64,000 nucleotides of DNA from Desulfobacterales bacterium (GCA_963674755.2 CAXXVS010000003.1:1920001-1984000); one strand, 5' to 3'. Shown: positions 1-9,896, numbered from the stretch's first letter. The notes: generated from the letters alone by a model not told the origin. A program made the numbers and translations.

Positions 1-609
1 GGCAAAGATCTGGACAACAGCGCTCTTCTGCAGCGGCTCAAGAGCAAAGGGGTCCAGTATGTGCTGTGCCAGACGGTCCAGTCGCCGGTGGCCACCCTGC
101 TCAACGATGCCCAGCGCCTGGGCATGACGGCCAAGACCTTCGGCGAACCCGGGAAGATCACCTTCCTGGGCGCCCACTATACCGGCGGCAACGACTTGAT
201 CGCCCTGGCCGGTTCCGCGGCGGAAGGGTATTACTGGACCACCGCCTACCATGTGACCTCCGAACCGGGCCCCTGGAGAGACTGGCAGCTCGATATGGCC
301 AAAAGATTCGGACGCGACGAGAAGACGGCCAACTCCCACAACTATGCCTGCGGCATGATGGCGGCCCAGATCGCCGTGGAGGCCATCCGCCGCACCCGTG
401 ACGCCGGCCAGGAAGTCACGATGGCGTCGCTTTACGATACCCTTAACCAGATGAACGGGGACAAAGCTTTTAGCACGGTGCTCGCCGTCGGGCCGGTGAC
501 GTATTCCCCGACCGACCGCATGGGGGTTGATGTCGTCCAACTCTACGGCGTCAAGGACGGGGCATTCATGTCCGTGGGCAAGCCGTTCAAGCCGGAATTC
601 ATGAAATAG
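1..609 (+). CDS. Branched-chain amino acid (Liv-type) ABC transporter substrate-binding protein, 5' truncated by window edge
   Basis: Frame is open from position 1 to TAG at 609; periplasmic binding protein-like C-terminus; precedes a LivF-like ATPase. Confidence 0.75.
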   Translation, partial: GKDLDNSALLQRLKSKGVQYVLCQTVQSPVATLLNDAQRLGMTAKTFGEPGKITFLGAHYTGGNDLIALAGSAAEGYYWTTAYHVTSEPGPWRDWQLDMAKRFGRDEKTANSHNYACGMMAAQIAVEAIRRTRDAGQEVTMASLYDTLNQMNGDKAFSTVLAVGPVTYSPTDRMGVDVVQLYGVKDGAFMSVGKPFKPEFMK

Positions 610-672
610 GAAAGGGATCGCTCTCCCGGCGTTTTTCTTCAAAAGTAACCCTGTACGAATCGAATCGAGGCC

Positions 673-1494
673 ATGGAAACGAATGCCCCGGACCGTCCGC
701 TTCTGGAAGTCAACAACATCGAAGTGGTTTACAACGACATCATTCAGGTATTGCGGGGCGTAAGCCTGTCGGTGCCCAAGGGCCGCATCGTGGCCCTGTT
801 GGGCACCAACGGGGCCGGCAAGACCACCACGCTGCGCGCCATCAGCGGCCTGCTCAAGCCGGAAAACGGATTCATCCGGGACGGCTACATCAAGTTCAAC
901 GGCCATGATGTGACCAACCGTCTGGGGACCGAGGTAGTGAAACAGGGAGCGGTGATGGTGCCCGAAGGGCGGCGCGTTTTCAAACACCTGACCGTGGACG
1001 AGAACATCCTGGTGGGATCCATCACCCGCACCGACGGCGGCCGCAAGATTCGCGCCGACCACGAGCAGATGTACAAACACTTCCCGCGGCTGGCGGAAAT
1101 CACCAACCGCATGGCGGGCTACTGCTCCGGCGGCGAGCAGCAGATGATCGCCATCGCCCGGGCTCTCATGGCGGCCCCCCAGATGCTGATGCTGGACGAG
1201 CCCTCCCTGGGCCTGGCGCCCCTGCTGGTGAAGGAGATCTTCCGCAATATCGAGATCATCAACCAGGAATTGCAGACCACGATTCTGGTGGTGGAGCAGA
1301 ATGCCAAGATCGCCCTGAAGATCTCCGACTACGCCTACATCATGGAATCGGGCAAGATCGTCATGGAAGGGTCCTCCCAGGAACTGCAGAACAATCCGGA
1401 TGTCAAAGAGTTCTACATGGGGGTTACCCAGGGCGGGGGACGGAAGTCGTTTAAAGAGGTGAAGTCGTATAAACGCCGGAAGCGCTGGATGTAG
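673..1494 (+). CDS. livF: Branched-chain amino acid ABC transporter ATP-binding protein (LivF-like)
   Basis: Walker A GTNGAGKTT, signature SGGEQQM, Walker B MLMLDEPS; GAGG SD. Confidence 0.9.
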   Translation: METNAPDRPLLEVNNIEVVYNDIIQVLRGVSLSVPKGRIVALLGTNGAGKTTTLRAISGLLKPENGFIRDGYIKFNGHDVTNRLGTEVVKQGAVMVPEGRRVFKHLTVDENILVGSITRTDGGRKIRADHEQMYKHFPRLAEITNRMAGYCSGGEQQMIAIARALMAAPQMLMLDEPSLGLAPLLVKEIFRNIEIINQELQTTILVVEQNAKIALKISDYAYIMESGKIVMEGSSQELQNNPDVKEFYMGVTQGGGRKSFKEVKSYKRRKRWM

Positions 1495-1496
1495 CC

Positions 1497-2043
1497 GTTG
1501 GGCTTATCAGACGGCGCTTTTTGGCCCCTGCCGGCGTTCTCGCCCTTTTGGCGCCGCAGGCGTAGCCCACGCTACGTCGAGGACGGCAAAAGGGTCTGCG
1601 GCCTTGGCAGGGAACCAAAATTCACCGCCTGATAAGCCCAACAGGTACTGCAGGCGGCGCCTTTTGGCCCCCTGCCGGCGTTCTCGCCCTTTTGCCGTCC
1701 TCGACGTAGCGTGAGCTACGCCTGCGGCGCCAAAAGGGTCTGCGGCCTTGGCAGGGAACCAAAAGGCGCCGTCTGATAAGCCCAACAGGGACTGCAGGCG
1801 ACACCTTTGGCCCCCTGCCGGCGTTTTCGCCCTTTTGCCGTCCTCGACGTAGCGTGAGCTACGCCTGGGGCGCCAAAAGGGTCTGCGGCCTTGGCAGGGA
1901 ACCAAAATTCACCGCCTGATAAGCCCAACAGGGACTGCAGGCGACACCTTTGGCCCCCTGCCGGCTTCTCGTCCTATTGCCGTCCTCGACGTAGCGTGAG
2001 CTACGCCTGGGGCGCCAAAAGGGTCTGCGGCCTTGGCAGGAAC
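1497..2043 (+). repeat. Tandem array of 4 nested-hairpin units (1497-1642, 1643-1786, 1787-1929, 1930-2043 truncated)
   Basis: Near-identical 143-146 bp units; unit 1 is closed by the 14-bp IR gttgggcttatcag/ctgataagcccaac; same motifs as the dispersed copies. Confidence 0.95.
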
Positions 2044-2168
2044 AAGTTGAGCTACCCCGGGCGCATCACGTATTGGCCTGATGGGCGCGCTTCTTTTTCC
2101 TGTTGATCTAAATCAGTGTTTTTGGCACATGTAAGGTTGCGAAAAAGCCTGTCGATGAGAGGGGGGCG

Positions 2169-2576
2169 TTGACCGTGCAGAAAAAATATCTAGTAGCATA
2201 CAACGGGTCGGAGGCTTCCAGGGTGGCTTTGGAATTGGCCAAGCATCAGGCCGTGCTGCGGGGATCCCATGTGGACATCGTGACATCCATGGAGGGCGGC
2301 CCCAAGGAAAAGCCCGAGGCCATCAGTGAGGCCAATTTTCTTCTGGAAGAGGCCGGCAAAGACCTCAAGGCGGCCGGTGTCGTCTGCGCGGTGCACCAAC
2401 TTGTGCGGGGCTTGTCGCCGGGCGAGGATGTCGTTAAATTCGCCGAAGACAATGAGACCGATTTTATCTTCGTGGGCATCGAGAAGAAGTCCCGCGCCCA
2501 GAAAATCCTCCTGGGCTCCACAGCCCAGTACATCATCCTCAAGGCGGGCTGCCCGGTGGTGACGGTCAAGCCCTGA
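2169..2576 (+). CDS. Universal stress protein (UspA family)
   Basis: N-terminal YLVAYNGSEAS; C-terminal FIFVG...LLGSTAQYIILKAGCPVVTVK. Confidence 0.9.
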   Translation: MTVQKKYLVAYNGSEASRVALELAKHQAVLRGSHVDIVTSMEGGPKEKPEAISEANFLLEEAGKDLKAAGVVCAVHQLVRGLSPGEDVVKFAEDNETDFIFVGIEKKSRAQKILLGSTAQYIILKAGCPVVTVKP

Positions 2577-2689
2577 GCTTGGCCCCGGACAGCGCATCCC
2601 ACCCTCCGCGGCTTTCCCACCGATTCTCTTTGGGGCCGGATCCCGTCGGATCACGATCCGGCCGCCTACGGTTTGTCTGCCGGCCGGCC

Positions 2690-3610
2690 TCACAGGGGCA
2701 GACGGCGCAGGAAAGGCCGGACGCCCAGCTGATCTTCGAGCTGACGGCGAACCGCAAGGGCCTTGTTCTCGTCGTTATAGGGGCCGACCGTGACCTTGTG
2801 CCAGGCGGTTTGTTGGCGCATTTCCGTATGAATGGCGGCCGGGAATCCTTGTGCGGAAAGGATATCCCGCTGCTCCAGGGCCAACTGGCGGTCCAAATAG
2901 GCACCGACCTGCAGTTCGTAATGCCAGGTAGCGGCCGGGGGGGCAGACCCGTCGGGGCCGGGAATACGATCGGCCAGAAAGCGGGTAAGCTCATCCACCG
3001 CCCGGACGATCTGGCTGTCGCGCAGATTCCATCCCGTGCGGGCGCTGCTCAGGGGGATGCCCAGGGGGGTCAGGGGCAGGCTGCCGTCCTGCAGGAGGGC
3101 CACATAACGGTCCGACCAGAGACGCCGACCGTCCTGGGTGCTGTAAATCATGATCGTGGCCCCGACGCTTACGTGGGAGTAGATTCCCATATACAAGCGT
3201 TCATATTCGGTCACCGTGCCGGATACGACGGCATCGCAGCCCAGCCGGCCCCCCAGCCGGCGGAGACTCTGCGGGGTCAGTGCGCCGGCCGCTAAATCTT
3301 TTTCGTCTTCCAATACACGATCCACCTGAAACAACTCCACATCCTGGAACGGACGATGGCTGAGGTGGCCGTACAGGCCTTCCCGGACCATCCGGCCCAG
3401 TTCCGGCATGTCGGTCTGGTTGGCGAAAGGGAGGATCGCGATGGACCGCGGGGCCGCACCGTCGTGGAGGGTGCTCATCTCCTGGTAGACGACCTGCGGT
3501 CGGGAGAGGCAGCCGGTGATCGTCATCACGAGGACCAGCAGGATCATTGTCATCGGCGGCGTCCGCGGATGCTGTCGGGCCCGTTGGCTCTGGGATTCTT
3601 GATGTGTCAT
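2690..3610 (-). CDS. Putative lipoprotein (GNA1162/DUF799-like) with C-terminal SPOR domain
   Basis: Hydrophobic signal plus ITGC lipobox; IAILPF-N motif; C-terminal YELQVGAY...WHKVTVGPY SPOR motif; true start may be downstream. Confidence 0.7.
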   Translation of the reverse strand: MTHQESQSQRARQHPRTPPMTMILLVLVMTITGCLSRPQVVYQEMSTLHDGAAPRSIAILPFANQTDMPELGRMVREGLYGHLSHRPFQDVELFQVDRVLEDEKDLAAGALTPQSLRRLGGRLGCDAVVSGTVTEYERLYMGIYSHVSVGATIMIYSTQDGRRLWSDRYVALLQDGSLPLTPLGIPLSSARTGWNLRDSQIVRAVDELTRFLADRIPGPDGSAPPAATWHYELQVGAYLDRQLALEQRDILSAQGFPAAIHTEMRQQTAWHKVTVGPYNDENKALAVRRQLEDQLGVRPFLRRLPL

Positions 3611-3762
3611 GGCGGCCTTGAAAAAATAATCGCGGGTGCCTTTGGCGCTGCTCTACAGGAAAATCCTCCGCGCTTCGCTGCGTCTGGCGGTGACCAAAAG
3701 AAGCACAAGTCATTTAACGCGCCGTTGGCGCGAATGTCAAAACCAACCCGGGGGCCTGCTGA

Positions 3763-3791
3763 TTGACTCGGCAAGGAGGATAACGTATAGT
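3763..3791 (+). promoter_or_regulatory. Sigma70-type promoter for the ACT-domain gene
   Basis: TTGACT-N17-TATAGT. Confidence 0.6.
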
Positions 3792-3888
3792 GACTCACTC
3801 TGGAAAGCGACATTATTGCGAGGCCTTTGTAAGATAAGGATGTCTGGCAGAGGCCGTTCCCCTTGCCCCCCAAGGAGGATAGATCGTC

Positions 3889-4383
3889 ATGATCAGGACC
3901 GAAATCTCTCTTTTTTTGCAGAATGCGCCGGGTGCGCTGGCCAAGCTTTCGACGCTTTTTTCCGAAACCGGCATCAACATCGACGCCATCACGATCCAGG
4001 ATGCGTCCAGCTACGTGCAGGAACTCTTCCGGGCCCGGGGCAAATCCCTCAAGCGCATCGCTTCGGCCGCCAGCTACAACTCCATGCGCAAGGATTCCGC
4101 CGAATATGCCCTGATCCGCCTTCTGCCGGCCGACGGCAAAACAAATGCCGCCATCGACCTGCTTTCCAAGAACGACTATCTCTTCGACATGCTGCCGGTC
4201 ATCGCGTTGGAGCTGGAAAATCGTCCGGGGGCTATGGCGGAGGTGACCGCCAAGTTCGGCGAAGCCGGCATCAACATCAACTATGTATACGGATCGGTGT
4301 CCTCTCCGGAGGAAAAATGCCTGTTCGTTTTTTGTCCGGAAGATATCGATCTGGCATCGAAAATTTTTAGCGATCACCCCTAA
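3889..4383 (+). CDS. Tandem ACT-domain protein
   Basis: Two ACT motifs (LQNAPGALAKL...GINI; LENRPGAMAEV...GINI); AGGAGG SD. Confidence 0.85.
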   Translation: MIRTEISLFLQNAPGALAKLSTLFSETGINIDAITIQDASSYVQELFRARGKSLKRIASAASYNSMRKDSAEYALIRLLPADGKTNAAIDLLSKNDYLFDMLPVIALELENRPGAMAEVTAKFGEAGININYVYGSVSSPEEKCLFVFCPEDIDLASKIFSDHP

Positions 4384-4628
4384 AACAGCCCAGGGCTCAT
4401 GGCAAGGCGCGCGACCCCGGAGTCCTGCCATGAGTCTGCGTTACCACAGACGGCGCTGATAAGCCGTCGCCCATCCCTGCGTCACTTTCCCGGGCAAACC
4501 GGTCCCCCCCGCTCCTCTTGCTGAAATGCCATGCCCGCTGCCCGGGCACGACCACCCAATTATTTCCTCCAAACCCATAAACTTTTGCGGCGGCGTGCCG
4601 ATAATGAGGGCAGGAGGACGTTAGACTC

Positions 4629-5756
4629 ATGTACCAACAAAGCGATTGTGCTGAAAAAATTAGAGAAATCAAACACGAGGCCCAGGAAAGGGGCGTCGAA
4701 GCGTCGTCTCCCAGCGACCAGGTGCGCAAGCAGATCCTGATCGTTGACGACGAACGCCCGATCCGGATGCTCTTGCAAAAGATCCTGGAGACCAATGGCT
4801 ACGACTGCCGGGCCGCCGAAAACGCGGCCGAGGCACGCGTCCTGATGTCCGCCCAGGCCAGTGATCTGATCCTGTGCGACATCAACATGCCCGGGGAATC
4901 CGGTCTGGACTTCATCCGCCATGTGCTCAAGGCGTTCCCCGACACGGCGGCCATCATGGTGTCGGCCATCGGCGATCCCCTGTTGGCGGAGTCCATGCTC
5001 CAGTTAGGCGTTTATGACTACATCATCAAACCCATGGACCGCAACGGCATCCTGATCAGTGTGGCCAATGCCTTCCGCCGGCGCGACCTGGAAATTGCCA
5101 ACCGTTCCTACCGGCGCAATCTCGAAGAAATGGTGGATGAGCGCACCGACTCCCTCCAGCGCAGTATGAAAAAACTGGAAAACGCCATGAACGGCATCGT
5201 GCGGGCCATTGCCCACACGGTTGAGACGCGTGATCCGTACACCGCCGGCCATCAGCGCCGGGTGGCCGATCTGGCCGTGGCGCTGGCCCAGGCCGTGGGG
5301 TTTGAGGCGGAAATGATCGAAGCCGTGCGCATGGCCGCCATTATCCACGATTTGGGCAAGATCAGCGTCCCGGCCGAGATCCTGAGCAAGCCCAGCCGAT
5401 TGACGGTCAACGAGTTCAACCTGATCAAGGAACACCCCCAGGTGGGCTACAATATTCTCAAGGATATCGAATTCCCCTGGGAAATTGCCACCATGGTCTA
5501 CCAGCACCACGAGAAGCTGGATGGCAGCGGCTATCCCTTAGGCCTTTCCGGGGACGAGATCCTGCCTGAGTCGCGCGTGCTGACCGTGGCCGATGTGGTC
5601 GAGGCCATGGCCTCCCACCGCCCCTACCGGCCGGGGTTGGGCATTGACATCGCCCTGGAGGAAATCCAGAAGAACCAGGGCCGGCTCTATGATCCGAAAG
5701 TGGCCGCCGCCTGCCAGAGCCTTTTCAAGGAGGAGCGCTTTTCTTTCGAGAAGTAA
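4629..5756 (+). CDS. Response regulator with HD-GYP c-di-GMP phosphodiesterase domain (RpfG-like)
   Basis: Receiver ILIVDDE/CDINMPG; HDLGK; HHEKLDGSGYP. Confidence 0.9.
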   Translation: MYQQSDCAEKIREIKHEAQERGVEASSPSDQVRKQILIVDDERPIRMLLQKILETNGYDCRAAENAAEARVLMSAQASDLILCDINMPGESGLDFIRHVLKAFPDTAAIMVSAIGDPLLAESMLQLGVYDYIIKPMDRNGILISVANAFRRRDLEIANRSYRRNLEEMVDERTDSLQRSMKKLENAMNGIVRAIAHTVETRDPYTAGHQRRVADLAVALAQAVGFEAEMIEAVRMAAIIHDLGKISVPAEILSKPSRLTVNEFNLIKEHPQVGYNILKDIEFPWEIATMVYQHHEKLDGSGYPLGLSGDEILPESRVLTVADVVEAMASHRPYRPGLGIDIALEEIQKNQGRLYDPKVAAACQSLFKEERFSFEK

Positions 5757-5914
5757 AGCGGTTGGTTTCAAACGTGCCCTTGCGGCGTCGTGCCGCCTGA
5801 CGCATTCCTTCAGCAGATGCCATCCCCTCAAGAACCCATCAGATGGGAAATCCTGTTCTGCGGGATATCCCGGCTTCGTCTCGATTTCGAGCGCCCCCCA
5901 TTTTGAGATGGGTC

Positions 5915-7084
5915 CTAGGCCATGTGGGTCTTGGGCGTGCGCTTGTCTTTGAGCAGATGGTTGCTGATGACCACGCGCTGAATTTCCGAGGTGCCCTCAT
6001 AGATGGTAAAAACCCGGGCATCCCGATAATAGCGTTCCACCGGATAATCCTTGGTGAAGCCGTAGCCGCCGTGGATCTGAATGGCCTTGGCCGTGAGGCG
6101 ATTGACCATTTCCGAGGCAAAGAGTTTGGCCATGGAGGCCTGGCGGGTATATTTGGCTTTCTGGTCCTTCATGGCCGCGGCGGACATGGCCAATTGGCGG
6201 GCAGCTTCCAATTCGGTGGCCATGTCGGCCAGCATCCAGCGCAGCCCTTGAAACTTGGCGATTTTCTGCCCGAATTGGACCCGTTCCTGGGCGTATTTGA
6301 TGGAGGCGTCCAAGGCGGCCTGGGCCACGCCGATGGATTGGGCGGCGATGCCGATACGTCCGCCATCCAGGGCCGTCATGGCCAGTTTGAAGCCCTCGCC
6401 CTCCTGCCCCAGAAGGTTTTCGGCCGGCACCCGGCAATCGTCGAAGATCAGGTCAGTGGTGTCCGAGGCCCGCAGCCCCATCTTGTCTTCCTCGTGACCC
6501 ACCTTGAAGCCGGGGGTGCCCTTCTCCACGATGAAGGCGCTGATGCCCCGGTGACGCTGGGCTTCGTCGGTCTTGGCGGTGACGATCACCAGACCGGAGT
6601 TCTTGCCGGTGGTGGTAAAGCGCTTGGTGCCGTTGATCACATAGGCGTCCCCGTCCCGGACGGCGGAGGTGATCTGGCTGACCGGGTCGGAGCCGGCTTC
6701 CGGTTCCGTCAGGGCGAAGGCGCCGATTATTTTGCCCGCCGTCAGTTGGGGCAGGTATTTGGCTTTCTGCCCCTCCGAGCCATAGCGCAGGATGCTTTCG
6801 CAGACGATGGAATTGTGGACGGACATGACCACGGCGGTGGCGGCGCAGGCGTAGGCGATTTCCGACAAGGCCAGGACGTAGCTGATGGTGTCGGCTCCCT
6901 CGCCGCCGTATTCGGGGGGCACCATCATGCCCATGAGCCCCAGTTCGGCCATCTTTTTGAGGTTGCCGGCCGGGAATTCCTTGGTACGGTCGCGTTCCGC
7001 TGCGGTCGGGGCGATGACTTTGCGGGCAAATTCCCGCACCATGGCCTGGATCATCAACTGCTCGTCGGTAAACCGGAAAAGCAT
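5915..7084 (-). CDS. Short-chain (butyryl-CoA type) acyl-CoA dehydrogenase
   Basis: ALTEPEAGSD, QIHGGYG, IYEGTSEIQR; start placed at MLFRFT after a GAGG SD. Confidence 0.9.
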   Translation of the reverse strand: MLFRFTDEQLMIQAMVREFARKVIAPTAAERDRTKEFPAGNLKKMAELGLMGMMVPPEYGGEGADTISYVLALSEIAYACAATAVVMSVHNSIVCESILRYGSEGQKAKYLPQLTAGKIIGAFALTEPEAGSDPVSQITSAVRDGDAYVINGTKRFTTTGKNSGLVIVTAKTDEAQRHRGISAFIVEKGTPGFKVGHEEDKMGLRASDTTDLIFDDCRVPAENLLGQEGEGFKLAMTALDGGRIGIAAQSIGVAQAALDASIKYAQERVQFGQKIAKFQGLRWMLADMATELEAARQLAMSAAAMKDQKAKYTRQASMAKLFASEMVNRLTAKAIQIHGGYGFTKDYPVERYYRDARVFTIYEGTSEIQRVVISNHLLKDKRTPKTHMA

Positions 7085-7139
7085 GCCGTCCTCCTGTTCA
7101 TCCATTTGGGGCTAAAATGGCGAGGGGTCTCTGAGCGGG

Positions 7140-7691
7140 TCAGGGGCCGTAGACCACCACCAGCATCTCGACGCGCCGATCGCTGATATTGCGCATACGG
7201 TGGCGAATGCCGGAATTGAAGTGCAGGGAGTCGCCCTCTTCCAGAACGTTGATATGCTCCCCCACGGCGATTTCGACGGCGCCTTGCAGCACGTAGACGA
7301 ATTCTTCGCCCTCATGCTGGTAGCCCACCCCCTCGTGGTCCTGCCGCGGCTCGATGGCCACCTTGAAGGCCTTGAGGTGTTTGTTTTCGGCGCCCGGCGT
7401 CAGGGTGGCGTAGGCGTAGTTGTCCGTCCGTTTGGTATAGGCCTGCACCCGGTCCTGTACGGCCGAGGCCTGCTCCCGCAGAAAGAACGTGGAGTCGATT
7501 TCCAGGGCGCGGGCGATCTGCAGCAGGGCACCCACCGGGGGAATTTTCTTGCCGGCTTCGATCTCTTTCAGATAGTCGATGGCAAACCCGGTATCGTTGG
7601 CCATGGCCTCCAGCGTAATGTTCTTCTTGGAGCGCACCTTTTTGATCTTCTGACCTACGGTTTCCATTTCGCTTTTCTTCTTTTGCGCCAT
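7140..7691 (-). CDS. XRE-family HTH regulator with cupin domain
   Basis: N-terminal XRE HTH; HEGEEFVYVLQG cupin motif. Confidence 0.9.
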   Translation of the reverse strand: MAQKKKSEMETVGQKIKKVRSKKNITLEAMANDTGFAIDYLKEIEAGKKIPPVGALLQIARALEIDSTFFLREQASAVQDRVQAYTKRTDNYAYATLTPGAENKHLKAFKVAIEPRQDHEGVGYQHEGEEFVYVLQGAVEIAVGEHINVLEEGDSLHFNSGIRHRMRNISDRRVEMLVVVYGP

Positions 7692-7726
7692 GACGCCTCC
7701 TTAGTTCCTGCTTTGTTACAATCCGA

Positions 7727-8590
7727 TCATTTCGATCCCCGATCGTAGCGGTAGAACCCCTGTCCGCTCTTGTGGCCCAGCCAGCCGGCTTCCACGTATT
7801 TGCGCAGCAGGGGACAGGGCCGGTATTTGGAATCGCTGAAGCCGTTGTAAAGGGTCTCCATGATGGCCAGGCAGGTATCCAGACCGATCAGGTCCGCCAG
7901 GGCCAGGGGCCCCATGGGGTGGTTCATGCCCAGCTTCATGACCGTATCGATAGCCTCGGCCTCCCCCACCCCGTGGTAGAGGCAGAAAACAGCCTCGTTG
8001 ATCATGGGCATGAGGATGCGGTTGGCGATGAAGCCGGGGAAATCGTTGGCTTCGGCCGGGATTTTGCCGAAGCGCTCGGAAAGGGACCAGGTGAGCGCAA
8101 AGGTCTCCTCCGAGGTGGCCAGCCCCCGGATGACTTCCACCAGTTTCATGACCGGCACGGGGTTCATGAAATGCATGCCGATCACCTTGTCCGGCCGGCC
8201 GGTCTGGGCGGCGATGCGGCCGATGGGAATCGAGGAGGTGTTGGTGGCCAGAATCGTGTCCGGCGGGCAGATGCGGTCCAGATCACGGAAGATGCCGAAT
8301 TTCAGGTCTTCCCGTTCGGTGGCTGCTTCCACCACAACATCCGCTTCGGCCATATCCTTGAGATCGGTGCTGGGCTTGATGCGCCCCAGGATGGCGCTTT
8401 TTTCATCGGCGCCCAGGCGCCCCTTGGCAACACCGCGCTCCAGGTTGGCGGCGATAACGCCCAGGCCCCTGTCGACGAATTCCGGCTTGATGTCGTTCAT
8501 GATCACTTGCAGCCCGCTGGCGGCCGCCACCTGGGCGATGCCGTTGCCCATCTGGCCCGCGCCCACCACACCGAAGACTTTGACTTCCAT
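7727..8590 (-). CDS. hbd: 3-hydroxybutyryl-CoA dehydrogenase
   Basis: GAGQMG, NTSSI, GMHFMNP, PMGPLALADLIGLD. Confidence 0.93.
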   Translation of the reverse strand: MEVKVFGVVGAGQMGNGIAQVAAASGLQVIMNDIKPEFVDRGLGVIAANLERGVAKGRLGADEKSAILGRIKPSTDLKDMAEADVVVEAATEREDLKFGIFRDLDRICPPDTILATNTSSIPIGRIAAQTGRPDKVIGMHFMNPVPVMKLVEVIRGLATSEETFALTWSLSERFGKIPAEANDFPGFIANRILMPMINEAVFCLYHGVGEAEAIDTVMKLGMNHPMGPLALADLIGLDTCLAIMETLYNGFSDSKYRPCPLLRKYVEAGWLGHKSGQGFYRYDRGSK

Positions 8591-8611
8591 GCTTTCCTCC
8601 TAGTGAAAAAC

Positions 8612-8700
8612 GGTTCAAGGATTCTGGGATTCAAGGGCCGAGGGTATAAAGGCGGTTCACGTTCACTTGAACCCTTGACCCCTCGGATCCTTGGTCCCTT
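8612..8700. repeat. Octamer-periodic imperfect inverted repeat
   Basis: Left arm ggttcaag gattctgg gattcaag ggccgagg; right arm cttgaacc cttgaccc ctcggatc cttggtcc. Confidence 0.65.
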
Positions 8701-8704
8701 GTCG

Positions 8705-9883
8705 TTATGGTCTCGTTACCACCAGCGCCACGGCTTCGCCGCCGCCCAGGCAGAGGGAGGCCAGGCCGGTCTTGCTGCCCCGGCGCTCCATTTCGTACAA
8801 CAGGGTCACCAGCACCCGGCCGCCGCTGGCCCCGATGGGATGTCCCAGGGACACGGCCCCGCCGTTGACGTTTACCTTGGCCGGATCCATGTCCAGTTCC
8901 CGCAGCACCGCCAGGGTGGAACCGCTGAAGGCTTCGTTGATCTCGAAGAGGTCTACGTCTGCGATGCCGATCCCCTGTTTGGCCAGGCATTTGGGAACGG
9001 CCCAGATGGGCGCCACCAGCACGTATTTCATGTCAATCCCGTAGGATGCCTGGGCCCCGACGCGGGCCAGGATCCGGCAGCCGGCCGCCTCGGCCTTTTC
9101 CCGGGCCATGACCACCAGGGCGGCGGCGCCGTCGCTGATGATGGAAGCGTTGCCGGCCGTGGCCGTGCCGGTTTTCTGGAAGGCCGGCCGCATGGCGGCC
9201 AGGGCGTCATAAGAGGTTTCACGGACGCATTCGTCCTGATCAAAGACCTTTGCCGGGCCCTTGCGCTGGGGGATCTCCACCGGCAGGATCTCATCCTTGA
9301 ACCGGCCCGCGGCGATGGCGTCCAGGGCACGGCGGTAGGACTCGGCTGCGTAGCGGTCCTGGTCTTCCCGGGAGACCCCGTATTTTTCGGCGCACAGGTC
9401 GTTGGAGATGCCCATGTGGAAGTCGTTGACATGGTCCCACAAGCCGTCGTTGATCATGCTGTCCTTGAGAACGCCGCTGCCCATCCGGTAGCCGGTGCGG
9501 GCTTTATCCAGATAATGGGGGGCCATGCTCATGGTTTCCATGCCGCCCGCCACCACCACGTCGGCATCGCCCACCTGGATGGCCTGGGTTGCCAGCATGA
9601 CGGCTTTGAGGCCCGAACCGCAAACCTTGTTGACCGTGATGCATTCCACCGCGTCGGGCAGGCCGGCCTTGACCGCGGCCTGTTTGGCCGGGTTCTGGCC
9701 GTAGCCCAGGGGCAGCACCTGGCCCATGATGGCCTCGTCCACGTCCTCTTTGGCGATGCCGGCCCGTTTTACGGCTTCGGCGATTACGAGGCCGCCCAAC
9801 GTCGTGGCCCCCGTGGTGCTCAGGGTGCCGCCGAAGCTTCCCAGCGGCGTTCGCACCGCGCTGACAATGACAACCTCTCTCAT
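8705..9883 (-). CDS. Acetyl-CoA C-acetyltransferase (thiolase)
   Basis: NKVCGSG, NEAF, GHPIGASG, CLGGG; ATG at 9883 after GGAGGAG SD. Confidence 0.95.
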   Translation of the reverse strand: MREVVIVSAVRTPLGSFGGTLSTTGATTLGGLVIAEAVKRAGIAKEDVDEAIMGQVLPLGYGQNPAKQAAVKAGLPDAVECITVNKVCGSGLKAVMLATQAIQVGDADVVVAGGMETMSMAPHYLDKARTGYRMGSGVLKDSMINDGLWDHVNDFHMGISNDLCAEKYGVSREDQDRYAAESYRRALDAIAAGRFKDEILPVEIPQRKGPAKVFDQDECVRETSYDALAAMRPAFQKTGTATAGNASIISDGAAALVVMAREKAEAAGCRILARVGAQASYGIDMKYVLVAPIWAVPKCLAKQGIGIADVDLFEINEAFSGSTLAVLRELDMDPAKVNVNGGAVSLGHPIGASGGRVLVTLLYEMERRGSKTGLASLCLGGGEAVALVVTRP

Positions 9884-9896
9884 ATCTCCTCCTTGT

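Noticed and set aside
1497..1929. Integron attC sites (gttgggc = GTTRRRY, gcccaac = RYYYAAC)
   Set aside because: Boxes are in the reverse order for an attC hairpin, no GTTRRRY follows the RYYYAAC copies, there are no cassette ORFs or integrase, and other family copies lack these ends
1497..2043. CRISPR array
   Set aside because: Units are 143-146 bp and near-identical along their length, with no unique spacers and no cas genes in the window
1507..2106. ORFs 1507-1905, 1622-1804, 1716-1928 and 1891-2106
   Set aside because: Translations of the non-coding repeat; units are out of frame with each other
2103..2116. FNR/CRP-like box ttgatctaaatcag upstream of the usp gene
   Set aside because: Single imperfect match with no clear promoter context
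4485..4550. c-di-GMP-I riboswitch upstream of the HD-GYP gene (gggcaaacc)
   Set aside because: Lacks the GNRA loop and the GACGCAAAG continuation of the consensus
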